A stretch of DNA of 64,000 bases from Candidatus Thiomargarita nelsonii. GTDB lineage: Bacteria > Pseudomonadota > Gammaproteobacteria > Beggiatoales > Beggiatoaceae. Below the pieces are notes generated by a model. It made no database searches. It worked only from the letters and a program-made list of their open reading frames with translations, and was not told the origin of the DNA. The position numbers and the translations under genes are program-made. Of this stretch, positions 37,042-46,495 are shown in pieces. The stretch covers positions 1,992 through 65,991 of the forward strand of contig JSZA02000037.1 of assembly GCA_000785145.2 (NCBI GenBank). The letters are read 5' to 3'. Positions within the stretch are counted from its first letter, which is position 1, and each line of letters begins with the position of its first letter.

Positions 37042-40000
37042 ATCCTACCCAGGCTCCCAAATCCTGACCAACTCTCAAACAGCCTTGACGCACTACAAAC
37101 CGCCCAACTAACCAATGGCAGCTGGGACAACGACGTTTACACCACCGCCCTCGCCCTACGCGCCTTTCAAATCACCCACAACCCCGACTTAGCCCAAATC
37201 ACCGGCACCATTATTGACGGACAAACCGGCTCCCCCCTCACAAACATCACCATACAACTCGGCACCGACACCCAAATCACCAACTCACTCGGAGAATTTA
37301 ACTTTTTAAGTCTCGTAGCCGGCAACTACACCCTACAAATTAGCACCAACCTAACCAGCGAAATCCAACTCAAACCAGGACAAAACCTCAGCTTAGGTCA
37401 AATTCGCCTATTTACCGAAACCACAAACATCCAAGGCACCATCACAGATGCCAGCACCCAAGCACCACTCCCCGGCGTCGCCATACAAATCACCGGACAC
37501 AATGACACCATACACACAGACGAACAAGGTGCCTACATCATCACCCAACTCTCCCCAGGAGATGTCATATTACAAGCCACATTCGACGGCTACCTCACCG
37601 CCTCAACCACCCTCACCCTCAGCGCTGGCACCACCCACATCGTCTCACTCACCCTCTCACCTGATCAAGCGATATTAGAAGGCATAGTCAGCGATAGTAA
37701 TGGCGTTTTAGCCGGTGCCAATATATATATAGATGGCACACAACTCACCCAAACCGACACCAATGGCAGTTACCGCATAGAAGGCTTAGCCAGCGGCACA
37801 CACAATATTAGCGTTGAACTCGACGGATACGACAGCCTAACAGGTACAGTCACAACCCCAAGCAACACAACAATCACCCTAACATCCCAACTCTATCCCA
37901 CTGGCACCACCCCACCCGACAATGCCAGCGTCACCGGCAAAATCATTGACAAAGCCACCCAACTACCCCTTGCCTCCGTCACCATCACAAATGGAACTCA
38001 AACCACCACCACTGACACTACCGGACAATTCAACTTAACCAACCTAGCGGCAGGTGAAAACATCCTTTCATTGAGCTTAACTGGATACCTTGATAAAACG
38101 ATCACAGTCAACCTATTCCCCTTTAGCCAACTCGCACTGGGAGAAATCTTACTAAAACCTGAAGGATATAAAACCCCAATTGGTATTAAAGGCATAGTGA
38201 TGGATGCCAGCACCAACCAAACACTGGCTAACGTTAATATAGAAGCCCAATTCGATCAAACTCCACAACAACTAACAACTGCCCCAGATGGCTCCTTTGA
38301 AATAACAACAGAAGTTGACGAACTCAGTGCTCAACTCACCTTCACCACTGAAGGATATACCCCCTATACCCTAGACATACAATTAATAGCCGACGAAATT
38401 CTTGACATAGGGCAAATACGTTTACGTCCAGAAGAAGTCACTGTCTTATTAGCCGACTTAGTAATAGAGCAACTCGACAAAACGGCGACTCAGACTGAAC
38501 CACAATCACTAATAGTTTCAGGCACCATAACCGCTCAAATCAAAAATATTGGCACAGAAAACACCCTCAGCAATACCAACCTACTTGCCTTTTATGACAT
38601 TGACTTAAATAGCAAATATGAAGAAACCACCGACTTAACGCTTGGACAAGCCACACTCGAAAATCCTCTCGCCGTAGAAGAAACCGCCACAGTTGACATC
38701 ACCTTAGCTGGAGAATTGCCCTTTAGAGACGCGCCAATTCATGTATGGCTGGATAATACTCAAACCGTTGTGGAGAGTGACGAAGAAAATAATATTGGAA
38801 CAACCACCAGCCTTTGTGAAATAGTGCCTGATATTGGGACTTTTGAGCCGGTGTTGAAGTGGGAATGGGCAGGCGCGAGTGTTACAATGACACCGATGGT
38901 AGCACCGCTAATTGATACCAATGGCGACTTACAGATAAACCAACTTGATGAACCTGCTATTGTTTTCATTGGAGATGGTTTTCCAGATCGTAGTCCGGGT
39001 ATATTAATTGCTGTCAGTGGTGTAGACGGAAGAGAATTATGGCGTTTAAACAGCCATCAAGTACATGCCCCTTCCCAAATTGCCATAGCAGATATTGATG
39101 GTGACAAAATACCCGAAATCATTGCTAATCTCTATCGTGGAGGCACAATGGCTGTCAACAATGATGGTACCGTGAAATGGACAAGTCCCTACCCCAACTA
39201 CTCGGTTGGCTTAAATTATGGTGGTTATTCGGTTGCCGATTTAGATGGTGATGGTCAAGCAGAAATTGTGATTGATAAAACCGTGTTAAATACCGATGGT
39301 AGTTTAAGATGGAAAGGTAGCAGCCGTTACTTTGGTTATCAATTGAGTGTGATTGCTGATATTAATCTTGATGGCAAACCTGAAATTATTGTTGGTCCCT
39401 CAGCCTACGATGCCGATGGTAACTTGCTTTGGGAAAATCTTTCACTCAATGATGGAACCGTCGCTATTGCGAATTTTAATGAAGACCCTTTTCCAGAAAT
39501 TATTTTAGTGGGAGAGCGCAGTGTTCACATGCTTAACCATCAAGGTGAGATTATTTGGGGTCCTGTTATCGTCGCACCTCGTGCTGGTGGCGCACCAACA
39601 ATAGCGGATGCTGATGGTGATGGTATTTTAGATATTGGTGTGGCAGCTGCATCTAAATACTATGTCATCAATTCAGACGGTAGCATTAAATGGTCATATC
39701 CCGTTGTGGATGGTTCAGAACAAACCGGCTCAACCTTCTTTGACTTTGACGGTAATGGTGAAGTTGAGGTAGTTTATTTTGATCAAAATAAGCTACGTGT
39801 TTTTAAAGGAAAAACCGGTGAAGTCGTATTTGAAATCGACAATCGTTCGGTGACAGCAAAAGAATATTCTGTTATAGCAGATGTGGATAACGATAATCAT
39901 GCTGATCTGGTTGTTCCCTCCTATAATAGCTCGCATGGTATTCGCGTCTTCCAAGACATCAACAACAGTTGGGTTCGTACACGAAACTTATGGAACCAAT

Positions 40001-42621
40001 ACGCCTACCACATCACCAACATCAATGACGATCTGAGCGTTCCCCGCGTAGAACAAAACAGTTGGGAAGTCCACAACACCTATCGCCTCAACACCATACC
40101 AGGTGAATCTGTTACTGGTACCCCCGATATCACAATAGGCAAACTACGCCTCATAGACAACGGCATAGCTCAACCCCTCACCCTAAGCGTCCGCATAGGC
40201 AACGCCGGTGCCCAAACAAACCAAGCTAGCATCCCACTCAGCTTTTATAGCAATGCAACCCAACTCGGCACCCTCACACTACCTCCCATAGCCCCCGGCA
40301 CCTATCAAGACATCCAACTAGAAGGCATCACACTTGCCGAACTCAATCAAGAGATTTCTGCCATCGTTGAAGCCATCGAAGAATGTGATGAAAACAACAA
40401 CAGCGTCTCCACCACCCTCAGCACCACCACCCTTCACGGCGAGATCACCCTCACCACAGATGCCCAAGAATATGGCCCCAACACACCCGTCCTCATACAA
40501 TACAGCATCACCAACACCGGCGCACTATCCGCTGACTTCCAGCTTGAACTACAAATTGAACAAGCCAATGGTGACACAGTACAAAGCCTAGACACGCCCA
40601 CCTTAAACACCTTAGCCAGTGGCGAAACTATAACACTTGACACCACTTGGAACACTGCCCAAACTTTGACGGGTGCCTACCAAGCACACTTGCTTCTTCG
40701 TGCGGGCGACTTAATAGCAGAAACCACACAAAGCTTCGACATCATCGCCGAAACCCTATTAAATTTACGCACCACTTTAGACAAAACCACCTATCACACC
40801 ACCGATCAAATTCAGATCGACAACCTCATACGCAACCTCAGCGTCAACACACTCCTTTCTGGCGCCCAACTACAAATCACCATACATGATGAAAGCCAAC
40901 AAAGCGTCTTTACCCAACAACTCGCATTAGACGATCTCGCACCCCAGGGGCAACAACAAAAAACCAATTACTATACATTCCAAAATGCTAGCGAAGGCAC
41001 CTACACCGTACAAAGCCAGCTATTGGACAACCAAAGAAAACCTTTGGTTAGCGACACCGCCACCTATCAAATTCAAGAAAACCTCAAATTCAGCTTGAAT
41101 GGCAGCGTCGTAGCACAAACACCAACACTTTATCAAGGAGAACCCCAACACTGTACTGATACCATTACAAACAATGGAAATACACAACTCACCGCCCAAC
41201 CGATCCGTCAACTTCTAATCGCACTCGCCGATGGGCAAGAAATCAACACGACTGAAGTCACACTCGATATCGACGCAGGCACTAACCAAAGCTTAGAACG
41301 GACGATTACTACCGCCACACTTCAAGGCGGAGACTACGCCTGTGTTCTTTCAACGGAAATTGAAGGTCAATGGGAAAATTTAGGCTATGCCGTTTTTCAA
41401 GTCCAAGAACAAGCGATTCAAATTGAATCGAGCCTGACACTTTCCGAAGGTGGACGCTTACTCATCCTACTAGACGAAGGCGACGAAGACCCACATGGCC
41501 CACAAACCGCGCCCCGTCTCACGGAACAACGTGCTTTTCTTGAAAGCTTATTAGAAGGCTGGACTTATACCATTGTGACTGATGACGATGCTTTCACTAG
41601 CGAACTCAGAAGTGGTGGCTATACTGTTTATGCCCTTTTTGCTGAACAAGAAAAACTGGAGACACAAGTACAAAAAGAATTGAGAGAAGCCATTTATCGG
41701 GGAGAAGGCATAGTGGTTGCTGGCGCCCACGATGATCGTCACCAGCACCTCAATGACGCATTAGGTATTAAATTCAAAGGCAAACTACCCAACGTTCAAA
41801 ACCTAAGCCTCCACGATTCACCGTTACATGAGGCGTTAGATGCCAGCTTGGCATTTGAAGAAAAACCGATACGTGTAGAAATACTGAATGAAAACACATT
41901 GTTAGTGGGCTCATTCGGAGAAGAAGTGGCCGCGACTTATTATGAATATGGTCATGGTCAAAGTGTCTATATTAGCTTTGACTTACTGGCTCAGGCAACC
42001 GCCACTTCCCCTGACAGCTTATTTGCGACATTACTGACCGCTGCCTTGGGTGCCGTTCATTCTGAAACCTTCGAGCCCATTATCGGGAGCGTGATTCCGA
42101 TTAATCTGACGCTGACCAATCAAGGGATTGCAACACCTGGCCAGGCACTGTTCGATTTACCAGAAGGCAGTATCATTTTAGGGCCGGACAATGTTGAACT
42201 GCCCCTGGTTTGGTTATTTGAACTTGACTTGGAACAAAGTGCCCAATTTGAATTTTGGCTGCGCCTGCCTTGGGAAGCGAGTATTGTGCCAATTGACGTG
42301 TTGATTCAGACCGGCATTGATCCGAATTTTGAAGATTATGAAATGCTGGCTCTTGAAATTGAAGTCCAAGCACCTCCTGGTTTGTTGGCGGCAATAGATT
42401 GGATTTTGGATAATGAAGAACCGTCTTATACCAAAGCCCTTAATTCACTAGAAAAGGCAGTAGAATGGCTATCGGCTGAAAAAGAAGATAAGGCACTTCA
42501 AGAATTGCTCAAAGCCTCGGATGAATTGCTCAAAAGCGATGCAGACGATGCCCCGATGATACGGGTGATGATTGGTCATGCGATACGGAATGTGTCGGCA
42601 GTGATATTTTTGATGCAATAA
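37018..42621 (+). CDS. Main body of the giant secreted protein: prenyltransferase-like repeat, ~5 CarboxypepD_reg-like domains, CARDB-like domains, 7-blade FG-GAP/VCBS propeller, further Ig-like domains, C-terminal alpha/beta + helical tail
   Basis: TNGSWDNDVYTTALALRAF; repeated G.I.D..T..PL..V.I......T.TD..G.F....L..G; blades ADIDGDKIPEII, ADLDGDGQAEIV, ADINLDGKPEII, ADADGDGILDI, FDFDGNGEVEVV, ADVDNDNHADLV. The first 8 codons of the track ORF are element-derived. Confidence 0.8.
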   Translation: MPLTAMALILPRLPNPDQLSNSLDALQTAQLTNGSWDNDVYTTALALRAFQITHNPDLAQITGTIIDGQTGSPLTNITIQLGTDTQITNSLGEFNFLSLVAGNYTLQISTNLTSEIQLKPGQNLSLGQIRLFTETTNIQGTITDASTQAPLPGVAIQITGHNDTIHTDEQGAYIITQLSPGDVILQATFDGYLTASTTLTLSAGTTHIVSLTLSPDQAILEGIVSDSNGVLAGANIYIDGTQLTQTDTNGSYRIEGLASGTHNISVELDGYDSLTGTVTTPSNTTITLTSQLYPTGTTPPDNASVTGKIIDKATQLPLASVTITNGTQTTTTDTTGQFNLTNLAAGENILSLSLTGYLDKTITVNLFPFSQLALGEILLKPEGYKTPIGIKGIVMDASTNQTLANVNIEAQFDQTPQQLTTAPDGSFEITTEVDELSAQLTFTTEGYTPYTLDIQLIADEILDIGQIRLRPEEVTVLLADLVIEQLDKTATQTEPQSLIVSGTITAQIKNIGTENTLSNTNLLAFYDIDLNSKYEETTDLTLGQATLENPLAVEETATVDITLAGELPFRDAPIHVWLDNTQTVVESDEENNIGTTTSLCEIVPDIGTFEPVLKWEWAGASVTMTPMVAPLIDTNGDLQINQLDEPAIVFIGDGFPDRSPGILIAVSGVDGRELWRLNSHQVHAPSQIAIADIDGDKIPEIIANLYRGGTMAVNNDGTVKWTSPYPNYSVGLNYGGYSVADLDGDGQAEIVIDKTVLNTDGSLRWKGSSRYFGYQLSVIADINLDGKPEIIVGPSAYDADGNLLWENLSLNDGTVAIANFNEDPFPEIILVGERSVHMLNHQGEIIWGPVIVAPRAGGAPTIADADGDGILDIGVAAASKYYVINSDGSIKWSYPVVDGSEQTGSTFFDFDGNGEVEVVYFDQNKLRVFKGKTGEVVFEIDNRSVTAKEYSVIADVDNDNHADLVVPSYNSSHGIRVFQDINNSWVRTRNLWNQYAYHITNINDDLSVPRVEQNSWEVHNTYRLNTIPGESVTGTPDITIGKLRLIDNGIAQPLTLSVRIGNAGAQTNQASIPLSFYSNATQLGTLTLPPIAPGTYQDIQLEGITLAELNQEISAIVEAIEECDENNNSVSTTLSTTTLHGEITLTTDAQEYGPNTPVLIQYSITNTGALSADFQLELQIEQANGDTVQSLDTPTLNTLASGETITLDTTWNTAQTLTGAYQAHLLLRAGDLIAETTQSFDIIAETLLNLRTTLDKTTYHTTDQIQIDNLIRNLSVNTLLSGAQLQITIHDESQQSVFTQQLALDDLAPQGQQQKTNYYTFQNASEGTYTVQSQLLDNQRKPLVSDTATYQIQENLKFSLNGSVVAQTPTLYQGEPQHCTDTITNNGNTQLTAQPIRQLLIALADGQEINTTEVTLDIDAGTNQSLERTITTATLQGGDYACVLSTEIEGQWENLGYAVFQVQEQAIQIESSLTLSEGGRLLILLDEGDEDPHGPQTAPRLTEQRAFLESLLEGWTYTIVTDDDAFTSELRSGGYTVYALFAEQEKLETQVQKELREAIYRGEGIVVAGAHDDRHQHLNDALGIKFKGKLPNVQNLSLHDSPLHEALDASLAFEEKPIRVEILNENTLLVGSFGEEVAATYYEYGHGQSVYISFDLLAQATATSPDSLFATLLTAALGAVHSETFEPIIGSVIPINLTLTNQGIATPGQALFDLPEGSIILGPDNVELPLVWLFELDLEQSAQFEFWLRLPWEASIVPIDVLIQTGIDPNFEDYEMLALEIEVQAPPGLLAAIDWILDNEEPSYTKALNSLEKAVEWLSAEKEDKALQELLKASDELLKSDADDAPMIRVMIGHAIRNVSAVIFLMQ

Positions 42622-42652
42622 ATAGATGTGTTGTTGGACGGGGTAGAGAGCC

Positions 42653-42748
42653 CAATGCCATTAAGGGCAAACCCGATAGGGTATGCCCCTACAACAGACG
42701 TAATTTCTCGTAGGGGCAATCCCTTGTGGTTGCCCTTGATGGCGTTGG
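42653..42748. repeat. GGGCAA/GTAGGGGCAA REPIN between the giant gene and P1
   Basis: CCAATGCCATTAAGGGCAAACC...GTAGGGGCAATCCCTTGTGGTTGCCCTTGATGGCGTTGG. Confidence 0.8.
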
Positions 42749-42816
42749 TAAAGAGCCTCGTCCAAAACGTTTTTTTTTATTTTTTTTTTATTTTTTTTGA
42801 CTTACTAGGAGAACTC

Positions 42817-45813
42817 ATGAGAGAAAACTATTCACCCCTGATGCGACTCACGGCAATCGTGATACTCATCACCTTTACCATGCTCATACTGGAGCCCACA
42901 ATGGTAGCCGCACAAGTTTTGCATCAAGAATATCAAGAAGGCAAAGCACAAGCGGCGCGTGAAGAAGCTGCTAAACTGTCCAAAACCTTGGAAATTGTCG
43001 AAACGACATTATCACAATGGCAAGAGAATTTATCGGCAGATTCGCTGCAACGCCGTACTTTAAAGACAAGTACACAAACCGCGACACTCAAACAACAAGT
43101 CCTGACAATGGATGAACACGTCCAAGCTGACTTTGAAGCCATAGCCGAGCATATCAGCCATCTGCCCCCAGAAATTATGCAACGACATATTGAAGCTGTG
43201 GCGCGTTATCGCTCCGAAATGGACACTTTATTGAACAATCTCGATGAGATAGACGCGGCAACAGATAATGAACAACGCCGCACGAGTATTGATAAGGCTT
43301 TGAAACATCTCAAGCCATTACAAAATCAGGGCAAGCACGCGCCATTTGATCCAAACCAATTGCCATTTAATATTCCAAAAGGGGAAGTGCGTCCACCTAT
43401 CGAAGATGAAAAGGAGTTGAAAAGGCGTTTTCCAGCGAAACCGGTTAAAGTGGCAAGCACAACTCTTTTGCCTGAAATGCTGAAAGTGGCGCAAGCACCC
43501 GATTCAACTGATTTGGAGCCAACAGAGGACGTACAAATCACCCCCCCAATAGAGGCATTGGCTTTAGAATTAGAACATAATCCCGTTAAAATCTATAATT
43601 GGGTGCATGACAACATTCAATTCATACCGACTTATGGCTCAATCCAAGGGAGCCAAATGACTTTGGAAACTAAAAGTGGTAATGCCTTCGACACCGCCAG
43701 CTTACTAATCGCATTACTCCGTGCGTCGGGGATACATGCGCGTTATGCTTATGGCACCGTGCGAATTCCCATTAACCAAGCTATGAATTGGGTGGGAGGT
43801 GTCACTTCACCAGAAGCCGCGATGCAATTACTCGGTCAAGGCGGCATTCCGACGGCGGGTTTAGCGCAAGGTGGCGTGATTAAGTTCTTGAAATTGGAAC
43901 ACATTTGGGTAGAAGCCTGGGTGGATTTCTTTCCGAGCCGAGGGGCGAGACATAAAACAGGTGATAGTTGGGTGCCGATGGATGCCTCATTTAAGCAATA
44001 TGAATTTAGCGAAGGGATGGATATCCAAGGGAATGTGCCGTTTGATGCCGAAGGATTTGTCGATCAAATTGTCAATACCGCCCAAATTAATGAAGATGAT
44101 GGATGGGTTTCTGGCGTTGATCAAACTTTCATGGAAGCCACGCTACAAAACTACCAAACGCTTCTGTACGCCTATATTAACCAGACGAATCCAGATGCGA
44201 CGGTGGGAGAAGTGCTGGGCACACAAAATATTATTCCATCTAATCGCCCGAATTTAGCGGGGAGTTTACCTTATCCGGTGATGGCTAAAGCTGGGTTCTT
44301 TCAAGAAATCCCATCGAATTTGCGTAAAGAATTCCAATTTAATCTTTATGCCTCAGATATGGATAGGATGTTGGAAAATCCGGTTTTTAGTTTGAAACGG
44401 AGTTTACCAGATTTAGCGGGCAAACGTTTGACATTATCTTTTGAGCCCGCCTCTGAGACTGATCGCCAAGTGATTGAAAGCTATTTGCCCGAAGTGCCAG
44501 AAGGAGAGGAGTTGGATCCAAATGACTTACCCAGTTCCTTGCCCGGCTATTTGATTAATTTAAAGGCGCAATTTAAAATTGATGGCGAGATTGTTGCCGA
44601 AAGTAGTGGCTTTAGGATGGGGCAAGAATTGAGTAGTACGACAGGGATTTCTCGGTTGATAGGTGGCTGGGCTATGGCGACTAATAGGCCGATTGCTGGA
44701 GAGTTTTATGCTTTTGGGATTGATTTACAAGGGATCAGTGCCAAACAACTTGAGACTGTGAAAGATCGGATGGAAAGCGTTAAGTCTCAACTTGAGGCTC
44801 AACAGTTTGAGGGGCTGACTAAGGATGGTCTTATTGGTGATATGCTGTATGCCGGCGCGTTGAGCTACTTTGCAGCCAATGATATGAATTTGAAAATGCT
44901 CAATCGAGTGGGACAAGCCTTGGCTTATCGTCAGCCATCTTTTGGGACTTTTTCTACGAATCTGATACCTGTTTATAGTTTTGGCGTGCCGCGACAGGTG
45001 AAGATGAGTGGTATTATGGTGGATATGGATGCTGTTGCTCAGTCGTTGTGGGCTAAAAATAATGATGCCGAGATAAGTCGGACAGTGGGGCAACAAGTGG
45101 GGATGATGAGTTCTGCTTGGGAACATCGGATGCCAGAATTATTGTTTACTGATGATGAGCATCCGGGTGAGGCGGTGTCGGCAGTGAAGGCTCTCGCTAT
45201 AGCTTCTGCTGAAGGACAACGGATTTATACTCTGACTGCCGAGAATGTGGATGCGGTGTTGCCAGTGTTAAATATTGGTATTGAGGTGAAGGATGAGATT
45301 CGTGCGGCAGTGGCGGTTGGACAAGTGGCTACGGTTTCTCAGGATAATATATCTGTTGGTGGTTGGACGGGTGTGGGGTATATTATTGCTGATCCGGAAA
45401 CTGGGGCTGGGGCTTATCGGATTTCAGGAGGAAGTAATGGAGGATTGCTTATTATTTTAGGTGTGGCAAGCATGATTGGGATTGCCGGAATTCTTGCCGG
45501 AGCAGGAGTTTTATTTGGGGTATTATGGTTAGGCGTTGTTATTTATTTTGCGGCTCTATATCTGAGGCTGGCAGGGTTAAATTTTGATTGGAATGCCTTT
45601 TTGGCAATTGAAGACCTTTTAGGAGGAACAGTCGTTGCCTATATGATGTGGGCTGGTCTGGTTGCGTTTGGGGTTTCCTCATCTTTTATAGCAATGATAT
45701 ATTTCGGAATTATAACACTCATATTGTTTTACCAGTTTGTAATGTCACGTCTGTCTAAATGTCGAACCTCGTCTAAATATGCATGGTATCGCACATGGAG
45801 TATATATGCTTGA
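42817..45813 (+). CDS. P1: signal-anchored coiled-coil + Cys-less transglutaminase-like core protein with a glycine-rich multi-TM C-terminus
   Basis: AGGAGA RBS. Core motifs SGNAFDTASLLIALLRASGIHARYAYG ... EHIWVEAWV ... WVPMDAS. Junction motif GWTGVGYIIADPETGAGAYRISGGSNGG, followed by ~120 aa of hydrophobic sequence (GIAGILAGAGVLFG). The track start at 42628 is repeat-encoded. Confidence 0.8.
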   Translation: MRENYSPLMRLTAIVILITFTMLILEPTMVAAQVLHQEYQEGKAQAAREEAAKLSKTLEIVETTLSQWQENLSADSLQRRTLKTSTQTATLKQQVLTMDEHVQADFEAIAEHISHLPPEIMQRHIEAVARYRSEMDTLLNNLDEIDAATDNEQRRTSIDKALKHLKPLQNQGKHAPFDPNQLPFNIPKGEVRPPIEDEKELKRRFPAKPVKVASTTLLPEMLKVAQAPDSTDLEPTEDVQITPPIEALALELEHNPVKIYNWVHDNIQFIPTYGSIQGSQMTLETKSGNAFDTASLLIALLRASGIHARYAYGTVRIPINQAMNWVGGVTSPEAAMQLLGQGGIPTAGLAQGGVIKFLKLEHIWVEAWVDFFPSRGARHKTGDSWVPMDASFKQYEFSEGMDIQGNVPFDAEGFVDQIVNTAQINEDDGWVSGVDQTFMEATLQNYQTLLYAYINQTNPDATVGEVLGTQNIIPSNRPNLAGSLPYPVMAKAGFFQEIPSNLRKEFQFNLYASDMDRMLENPVFSLKRSLPDLAGKRLTLSFEPASETDRQVIESYLPEVPEGEELDPNDLPSSLPGYLINLKAQFKIDGEIVAESSGFRMGQELSSTTGISRLIGGWAMATNRPIAGEFYAFGIDLQGISAKQLETVKDRMESVKSQLEAQQFEGLTKDGLIGDMLYAGALSYFAANDMNLKMLNRVGQALAYRQPSFGTFSTNLIPVYSFGVPRQVKMSGIMVDMDAVAQSLWAKNNDAEISRTVGQQVGMMSSAWEHRMPELLFTDDEHPGEAVSAVKALAIASAEGQRIYTLTAENVDAVLPVLNIGIEVKDEIRAAVAVGQVATVSQDNISVGGWTGVGYIIADPETGAGAYRISGGSNGGLLIILGVASMIGIAGILAGAGVLFGVLWLGVVIYFAALYLRLAGLNFDWNAFLAIEDLLGGTVVAYMMWAGLVAFGVSSSFIAMIYFGIITLILFYQFVMSRLSKCRTSSKYAWYRTWSIYA

Positions 45814-46177
45814 AAGTACAGTGGTATTTTGTGGATATCTGTGGTTCAGGTTTGGTCTGTTAGCCAAAAAGTCAAACCAATCCTTGCCATACTATATGAT
45901 GATTGTTATTGGAATAATTCTTCTGTTAGGAGTGGGAGTTAAATATTTCTATCAGTTAATTGGCAATAATGCCATCATTAGTAATTACTCTTTTAAAGTG
46001 ACATTGTTCGGTATTGTATGTATTTTACTTTTGGCAGCACTCTATTTTGACTGGTTAAGAATAACAAAAAACTTAATTAATAGAAATAAGCCTTTAGCCG
46101 CCAGAACCCAAATTAGCCTTGATATGAAACTTGCTATTATTGTGTATTTCACTTATATTTTTTTATTGTGTATCTAA
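45806..46177 (+). CDS. 4-TM small membrane protein translationally coupled to P1 (candidate cognate/immunity protein)
   Basis: The ATG overlaps the P1 stop (ATGCTTGA); 123 aa with four hydrophobic helices. Confidence 0.55.
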   Translation: MLESTVVFCGYLWFRFGLLAKKSNQSLPYYMMIVIGIILLLGVGVKYFYQLIGNNAIISNYSFKVTLFGIVCILLLAALYFDWLRITKNLINRNKPLAARTQISLDMKLAIIVYFTYIFLLCI

Positions 46178-46197
46178 TATTGCGTAACTCGTAAGTT

Positions 46198-46302
46198 CGT
46201 AGCGAGGGTAGGGTGCGTCCTACGCACCCTTTTTCCACATATCACTCAATAACAAACTCCTACATCAAAAATGTGCGTGGGACACGCGCCATACGTTCGC
46301 TA
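46198..46302. repeat. GTAGGGTGCG-type REPIN replacing the 5' end of P2
   Basis: CGTAGCGAGGGTAGGGTGCGTCCTACGCACC...GTGCGTGGGACACGCGCCATACGTTCGCTA. Confidence 0.8.
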
Positions 46303-46472
46303 AACTATCCAAAACCTTGGAAATTGTCGAAAGCACATTATCACAATGGCAAGAGAATTCGCTACAACGCCATAACACCCCGACACTCAAACAACAAATC
46401 CTGACAATGGATGAACACGTCCAAGCTGACTTTGAAGCCATAGCCGAGCATATTAGCCATCTGCCCCCAGAA

Positions 46473-46492
46473 ACGAAGTAACGGAACGTTCA
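46473..46492. repeat. 20-bp micro-insertion ACGAAGTAACGGAACGTTCA (member of a dispersed ACGAAGTAAC family)
   Basis: Absent from the otherwise collinear P1 sequence (43171-43177). Related copies lie near 35716, 52700 and 63515. Confidence 0.8.
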
Positions 46493-46495
46493 ATT

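Noticed and set aside
36427-41211. Many overlapping P/T/H/S-rich ORFs on both strands within the giant gene (e.g. 36427-36825, 37448-37678, 40334-40591, 40647-40889)
   Set aside because: They overlap the domain-rich long frame and have low-complexity composition. They are by-products of the C/A-rich coding strand.
42628-42816. Track start of P1 at 42628
   Set aside because: The first 63 codons translate a REPIN and poly-T tracts. ATG 42817 has an AGGAGA RBS, and the same context (AGGAGAACTCATGAGAGAAAAC) starts P3.
46213-46404. 63-aa ORF upstream of P2
   Set aside because: It is an out-of-frame reading across a REPIN and the degraded P-type 5' remnant. The homologous frame is a different one.
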